From Candidatus Coatesbacteria bacterium (GTDB lineage Bacteria > JAFGND01), in contig JAFGND010000025.1 of the NCBI GenBank assembly GCA_016927185.1, positions 15,889-79,888 of the forward strand: DNA of 64,000 nt. The letters run 5' to 3'. The translations under genes and the position numbers were made by a program. The notes under the pieces are model-generated. The model worked only from the letters and a program-made list of their open reading frames with translations, did no database searches and had not been told where the DNA came from. This document shows, piece after piece, positions 59,532 through 64,000 of this stretch. Positions within the stretch are counted from its first letter, which is position 1. Every line of letters starts with the position of its first letter.

Positions 59532-59604
59532 AGCTGGTGAAGGGATTTGAACCCCCGACCAGCTGATTACAAATCAGCTGCTCTACCGACTGAGCTACAC
59601 CAGC
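59532..59604 (-). tRNA. tRNA-Thr (anticodon UGU)
   Basis: rc: GCTGGTGTAGCTCAGTCGGTAGAGCAGCTGATTTGTAATCAGCTGGTCGGGGGTTCAAATCCCTTCACCAGCT. Confidence 0.85.
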
Positions 59605-59667
59605 ATTATTCATAAGCAAGGTGCGCAAACTAGAAATCGCCATGTTTTAGGTCAAGCTATTTTTTTT

Positions 59668-60765
59668 CTATTTTGAAAACATCCTGACTTGTTTCCTGTT
59701 AAGTCGTTCTATGACAGAGACTAACAGGCGCACGACTGATTCTATGTCCTTCCTGTGAACAATACCGGTATTTGAGTGGATATATCTTGCTGGAGTTGCA
59801 ATTACTATTGAGGGAATTCCCCCAAATTCCATGTGAATATTTCCAGTGTCATAACCACCAGTCAAAGAGGTAAGATAGAATGGTATGTCTTCTTCCTCAG
59901 CCACTTTTACTACGAATTCAAGAAGCTTCTGGTTTGGTATCATTGTGCTGTCATAAACCAGCACTGCTGCTCCGTCACCCAGTCTGTCACCCACTGCTCC
60001 TCTTGTTGTGCCTGGGGTGTCTTTTGCAATTGTAACATCAAGTGCAAAGGCTATATCAGGTTTTATCTGGAAGACACTGCTTCTTGCTCCTCTTAAACCA
60101 ACCTCTTCCTGAACTGTTCCGACGCCGAACACTGTTGATGAGTGAGCTATTTTTGCCACTTTTCTCATTATCTGGATAAGCTCAGCTACCCCAACTCTGT
60201 CGTCCCATGCTTTTCCCATGAAAAGGTTGGGATTGCCCATTGTCTTGAATTCACCAACTGGAACTATTGGATCGCCAGGTCTAATTCCCATTTTTTCTAT
60301 AATATCGAAGTCATATGTTCCACCGACATCTATATACATTTCATTCAATGGAATGACATTTTTTCTCTTGTCAGGTTCCAGTATATGTGGGGGAGTAGAG
60401 CCGACAATACCAGGAAATTCACCAAATCTTGAATATACAACGACTTCCATTCCCAGTGCTATATGACCCCACCAGCCACCGATTGGAAGGAATTTAATAA
60501 ATCCTTCTTTTGTTACTTCCTTGACGAAAAATCCTATTTCGTCCATATGAGCAGTTACCATGATTTTAGGAGTGTTGCTTGAGCCCTGACTTCTTGCAAT
60601 AGAACATCCTAATTTGTCAGCCGAGATTTCACAAAGATTTTTCAAGTTATCTTCAAAGATAGTAGCAACTCTGCTTTCATGCCCAGAAATGCCGAATGTA
60701 TTGACCAGACTTCGTAGTAATTCTACCAAGGGATCGCTTGCTGTAGTCACAATATACCTCCCCAA
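59668..60765 (-). CDS. M42-family aminopeptidase (FrvX/CelM/YsdC-like)
   Basis: 'MVTAHMDEIGF', 'AWDDRVGVA', 'VQEEVGLRGA' are M42 metal-ligand blocks. 365 aa. Confidence 0.8.
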   Translation of the reverse strand: MGRYIVTTASDPLVELLRSLVNTFGISGHESRVATIFEDNLKNLCEISADKLGCSIARSQGSSNTPKIMVTAHMDEIGFFVKEVTKEGFIKFLPIGGWWGHIALGMEVVVYSRFGEFPGIVGSTPPHILEPDKRKNVIPLNEMYIDVGGTYDFDIIEKMGIRPGDPIVPVGEFKTMGNPNLFMGKAWDDRVGVAELIQIMRKVAKIAHSSTVFGVGTVQEEVGLRGARSSVFQIKPDIAFALDVTIAKDTPGTTRGAVGDRLGDGAAVLVYDSTMIPNQKLLEFVVKVAEEEDIPFYLTSLTGGYDTGNIHMEFGGIPSIVIATPARYIHSNTGIVHRKDIESVVRLLVSVIERLNRKQVRMFSK

Positions 60766-60981
60766 AAATGTTGTTAACCCGTATTCTAGTTTTGCACAAG
60801 TCCAATTTCAGGACTTTTTTGTCAAATGAAAAGTTAGTATTGATGCATAAATCAAGATAAGAGAAAATTATTGACAGGGGAAGTAACAGGAATTATTCTG
60901 GTTATAGATTAGAAGACTGCAGAATATAATCATAATATAGTCAGTTAAAGATTTTATATAAATTTTTTAAGGAAGAAAAAA

Positions 60982-61449
60982 ATGGAAAAGTCATTTCAAG
61001 AAAGAAATACAAGTTGTTCAATCCTTGCAGCATCTTCAATATACATTTTATTATTTTACTCCATTCTCTTCTCAGCACCTGGGGATTTGATATGGAAATA
61101 TAAAACGAGTAATGGAGTTAAGTCTTCTCCTTGTGTTTCAGATGGAGTTGTTTTTGTTGGAAGTTATGATTATTATCTTTATGCAATAGAAACTTATGGG
61201 TATAAAGGTTTCAATGACAACAAATCAGCATCATATATCCCATCCAAAACCTTCTCAGTTTCTCCCAACCCCTTCTCCAATCGCTTGTCTCTTTCCCTGC
61301 CATCTTCAGGTGTAGTCTATTCCCTGACAGGTCAGCTGATTATGAAACTGGATAAAGGCAAGCATTCTATTGGCACAAGTAAATGGAAACAGGGAGTTTA
61401 TATTGTGAAGTCTGGGAAAGAATGCAAGAGGATTGTGAAGGTCAGGTAG
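60982..61449 (+). CDS. Truncated beta-propeller (single PQQ-like blade) fused to the family-specific T9SS-type C-terminal domain; possible gene remnant
   Basis: TM/signal, then 'GDLIWKYKTSNGVKSSPCVSDGVVFVGSYDYYLYAIE' (one PQQ/beta-propeller blade). Then a CTD about 80% identical to those of the 8591-9787 and 61874-63112 proteins. Confidence 0.5.
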   Translation: MEKSFQERNTSCSILAASSIYILLFYSILFSAPGDLIWKYKTSNGVKSSPCVSDGVVFVGSYDYYLYAIETYGYKGFNDNKSASYIPSKTFSVSPNPFSNRLSLSLPSSGVVYSLTGQLIMKLDKGKHSIGTSKWKQGVYIVKSGKECKRIVKVR

Positions 61450-61500
61450 AAAGAAAAAAAGTTAGTTTGATGTTTTCAATATTCAAGAAGTTAGGGAAAA

Positions 61501-61839
61501 ATGAAAACACTTAAACTTAGGTTTGTTTTTTTATTGCTTATTGGAATGTCAGGAATTCTTTTTGGAAAAACTGTTTATGGGTACTGCAGATGTGAACACT
61601 GGCAATTTGGGTGGTTTTATCCAGCTGGAGTCTATGTTCAATTAGGATCAGCAAATACAACAACTGCTGCTGGAGGATATTATGAATTTAACTGCCCATT
61701 AACTTATGATGATTATACTGTTTATGCATCTTACAATGATGGACAAAATCATTGGAGTGGTTATACTGACTTCTATTATGAAGGAGGAGAACAGAGAGTA
61801 GATATTGATCTTTATTATGATTCAATTAAGAATAAGTAG
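61501..61839 (+). CDS. Small secreted protein (possible CarboxypepD_reg-like beta-sandwich)
   Basis: Signal peptide. 'GGYYEFNCPLTYDDYTVYASYNDG' loosely resembles the carboxypeptidase-regulatory-domain motif. Confidence 0.4.
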   Translation: MKTLKLRFVFLLLIGMSGILFGKTVYGYCRCEHWQFGWFYPAGVYVQLGSANTTTAAGGYYEFNCPLTYDDYTVYASYNDGQNHWSGYTDFYYEGGEQRVDIDLYYDSIKNK

Positions 61840-61873
61840 GTAGAAAAAAACTCATGCAAAACTGGAGCTTACG

Positions 61874-63112
61874 ATGAAAACTGTAAATAAATTTAAGAAA
61901 TCACTACTTAAAGGAGTTACAATGAAAACGACAAACTCGTTAGTTATTATAATATTAGCATTTTCAATAGAATTTATTTCTTCTGAACCAATGTACATTT
62001 TATCATCCAGTTCCGATAGAACAATGAAATACTGGCAGATATCGGATACAAAATGTATAAGATCATTTACTGGTCATGAAGGTAGTGTTCGATTTGTATC
62101 AATCTCTCCAGATAGCAAGTATGCTTTGTCAGGGAGTGGTGATAATACATTGAAGTACTGGAACATTTCAGATGGAGCTTGCATAAGAACATTTACTGGT
62201 CATGATGATGAGGTAAATTCTGTTTCCATTTCACGAGATGGATTATATGCATTATCTGCAAGTAATGATCATACATTGAAATTATGGAGAATATCTGATG
62301 GAGCATGCTTGAGGACTTTTTATGGACACAATAGAGAAGTATGGTCGGTCTGCTTTTCACCTGATGATAGATATGCTTTATCAGGAGGTGATGATATAAA
62401 ATACTGGAATATTTCAGATGGTACCTGTATAAGGACATTAAGGGGACATGCTACTAGCGTAATGTCAGTATGTTTCAAAACTGATGGTCAATTTGTTCTT
62501 TCAGGAAGTGTTGATATGACCTTGAAATATTGGCAGTTATCAGATGGGAAATGTATAAGAACATTTACTGGACATACAGGATCAGTCAATTCAGTCTGTT
62601 TATCTTCAGATAACCTGTATGCTTTATCAGGTAGTTATGATCAGTTGATTAAATACTGGAGAGTATCTGATGGAGAATGCTTGAAAACGCTTGCAGGACA
62701 CATGAATTGTATTTATTCAGTTAACATTTCTTCTGATGGAAAATATGCAGTCTCAGGTGGAGATTATGGATCTCTTAAATACTGGAGTATATCAGAAGGC
62801 AAATTTATTAAATCATTTGAAGGACATGAAGCATCAGTAACATCAGTTAGTTTTTTCTCTCAGGAAACAAGTTTCAAAGATAACAATTCAGCATCACATA
62901 TTCCATCCAAAACCTTCTCAGTTTCCCCCAATCCATTCACTGAAAGACTTACTATTTCCCTGCCATCGTCAGGAGCTATCTATTCCATTACTGGTCAATT
63001 GATTATGAAACTGGATAAAGGAAAACACTCTCTTGATACAAGCAAATGGAAACGGGGAGTTTATATTGTGAAGAGCCTGATGGAATGCAAGAAGATTGTA
63101 AAGGTGAAGTAA
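61874..63112 (+). CDS. Secreted WD40 beta-propeller protein with T9SS-type C-terminal sorting domain
   Basis: Seven or more WD40 blades ('SSSDRTMKYWQ', 'SGSGDNTLKYWN', 'SASNDHTLKLWR'…). C-terminal 'SPNPFTERLTISLPSSGAIYSITGQLIMKLDKGKHSLDTSKWKRGVYIVKSLMECKKIVKVK'. The true start is possibly the internal Met of 'MKTTNSLVIIILAFS'. Confidence 0.75.
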   Translation: MKTVNKFKKSLLKGVTMKTTNSLVIIILAFSIEFISSEPMYILSSSSDRTMKYWQISDTKCIRSFTGHEGSVRFVSISPDSKYALSGSGDNTLKYWNISDGACIRTFTGHDDEVNSVSISRDGLYALSASNDHTLKLWRISDGACLRTFYGHNREVWSVCFSPDDRYALSGGDDIKYWNISDGTCIRTLRGHATSVMSVCFKTDGQFVLSGSVDMTLKYWQLSDGKCIRTFTGHTGSVNSVCLSSDNLYALSGSYDQLIKYWRVSDGECLKTLAGHMNCIYSVNISSDGKYAVSGGDYGSLKYWSISEGKFIKSFEGHEASVTSVSFFSQETSFKDNNSASHIPSKTFSVSPNPFTERLTISLPSSGAIYSITGQLIMKLDKGKHSLDTSKWKRGVYIVKSLMECKKIVKVK

Positions 63113-63141
63113 AGTAAGCTATCTTTTAATCTATTGCTTGG

Positions 63142-63801
63142 TTATGGATTGACTTCAATAGTCTCATGCTTGCCTGTATCAAGCTTGCCATTTTCAGGAT
63201 AGAAATTCTTGTTTCCGATTTCAATCCTTGTAGGTTTCAATGTCCTGTTAGCTGTTTTGTAGTCAGTACTGTTCACTGACCATTTTATCTTGACGAAAGT
63301 GTTTCCCTGTTTCCAGAGAGCAATCAAAAAATTATTTCCTCCAATAATATAAGTATTTGGCTTGCCGTATATTCTGCAGAATTCAGTGAAAATACCTTTT
63401 GCAAGCGAGTAACCAGAAATTCCTGAGTTCCTTGTATCAATAACAGCATATTCGATATAAGCAAGTCCCTTTTTCGTGAAAGTCAGATAAATTCCGGTTG
63501 TCAAGTTGAGAGCTGCCATCTCCTTTGTTGGCACTATCTTATAATCATTCCATTTTGCAAACCTTTTAGATATGAACACGTATCTTTCCGAATTCTGGTC
63601 CTGCTTGATGAGATTGATTTTGCTGACATCAGTTTTCAGAAGCTTTCCGCCAGTTCTTCTCGCAAGTTCCTCAGGTTTTTCTCCCCATCTGAACCCAAAC
63701 CAGTTAGTAATTTCCTGTGCTTCAGCAATTGCTTCTTGTTCTGGTGATATCAGAAACAGCCAGATGGGTATCAATCCCGCAAGCAAATGAATACTTATCA
63801 T
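63142..63801 (-). CDS. Hypothetical secreted protein
   Basis: Signal peptide (MISIHLLAGLIPIWLFLISP). No recognisable motif. Confidence 0.45.
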   Translation of the reverse strand: MISIHLLAGLIPIWLFLISPEQEAIAEAQEITNWFGFRWGEKPEELARRTGGKLLKTDVSKINLIKQDQNSERYVFISKRFAKWNDYKIVPTKEMAALNLTTGIYLTFTKKGLAYIEYAVIDTRNSGISGYSLAKGIFTEFCRIYGKPNTYIIGGNNFLIALWKQGNTFVKIKWSVNSTDYKTANRTLKPTRIEIGNKNFYPENGKLDTGKHETIEVNP

Positions 63802-63822
63802 TTTGTGAGAAAATTCAATTAA

Positions 63823-64000
63823 CTACAAAGAATAATTAAGTGAGAAATTGATATTTCCTCCATTACCAGTGAAGTTTATCTCCTCATCAGCTTCATATAA
63901 ATCAGGCATATACCCGCTTATATCGCCGTATTCGAAGGACTGGAAGGAATGCCCGTATTCAAGTGACAATCCTATATTCTTGTTTACTGCTATATGACCA
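63823..64000 (-). CDS. C-terminal fragment of an unannotated minus-strand ORF (possible OM beta-strand protein); N-terminus beyond window end
   Basis: rc frame reads …GHIAVNKNIGLSLEYGHSFQSFEYGDISGYMPDLYEADEEINFTGNGGNINFSLNYSL*. It is open to the window edge, with an alternating hydrophobic pattern. Confidence 0.3.
   Translation of the reverse strand, partial: GHIAVNKNIGLSLEYGHSFQSFEYGDISGYMPDLYEADEEINFTGNGGNINFSLNYSL

Noticed and set aside
59273-59604. tRNA cluster considered as a genomic-island integration hotspot
   Set aside because: No integrase, direct repeat of a tRNA 3' end, or foreign-looking genes follow it. It is the conserved thrU-tyrU-glyT-thrT-tufB arrangement.
61501-61839. Small ORF considered as a RiPP precursor for the propeller/CTD genes
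   Set aside because: It has a normal signal peptide and a beta-rich domain-like composition of 112 aa. There is no leader/core architecture and no adjacent maturase.

Overview
This 64 kb window is chromosomal DNA from a low-GC bacterium. It is most likely a member of the FCB group (Bacteroidota-like). Several secreted proteins carry type IX secretion (T9SS/Por) C-terminal sorting domains. The EF-Tu sequence is Bacteroidetes-like.

The right third (45.3-59.6 kb, all minus strand) is the universally conserved translation and transcription core. Read in coding direction it runs tRNA-Thr(UGU), tRNA-Tyr, tRNA-Gly, tRNA-Thr(GGU), tuf, rpmG, tRNA-Trp, secE, nusG, rplK, rplA, rplJ, rplL, rpoB, rpoC, rpsL, rpsG. 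The operon ends at a terminator directly after rpsG, so fusA does not follow rpsG here.

The rest of the window is housekeeping mixed with envelope and accessory genes:
- Housekeeping enzymes: an HD-domain dGTPase-like gene, ansA, pfkA, asd, pepP, namZ (DUF1343), def, yajC, and an M42 aminopeptidase.
- Two tandem M14 carboxypeptidases with T9SS C-terminal domains.
- A methyl-accepting chemotaxis protein.
- An atypical TPR-PEGA-TonB_C protein.
- A three-gene operon on the minus strand (18.4-25.7 kb): a TMTC-like GT-C glycosyltransferase with C-terminal TPRs, a membrane M23 peptidase, and a 1263-aa ATPase with three tandem AAA+ domains.
- A neighbouring plus-strand cluster (25.8-31.6 kb): a heptose-7-phosphate kinase (HldE kinase domain only) and a second GT-C glycosyltransferase (DUF2723, TMEM260-like).
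- A small cluster of two radical-SAM enzymes (one with a full SPASM domain), a VWA-domain protein and a stand-alone MetH activation-domain homologue.
- A family of secreted WD40/PQQ beta-propeller proteins that share one near-identical T9SS-type C-terminal domain.
- Two tandem paralogous small secreted proteins of unknown function.

Two small genes are missing from the ORF track: rpmG (L33, 52 aa) and a 55-aa DUF5989-like membrane protein that overlaps the end of def. No CRISPR array, transposase or integrase is visible anywhere in the window.
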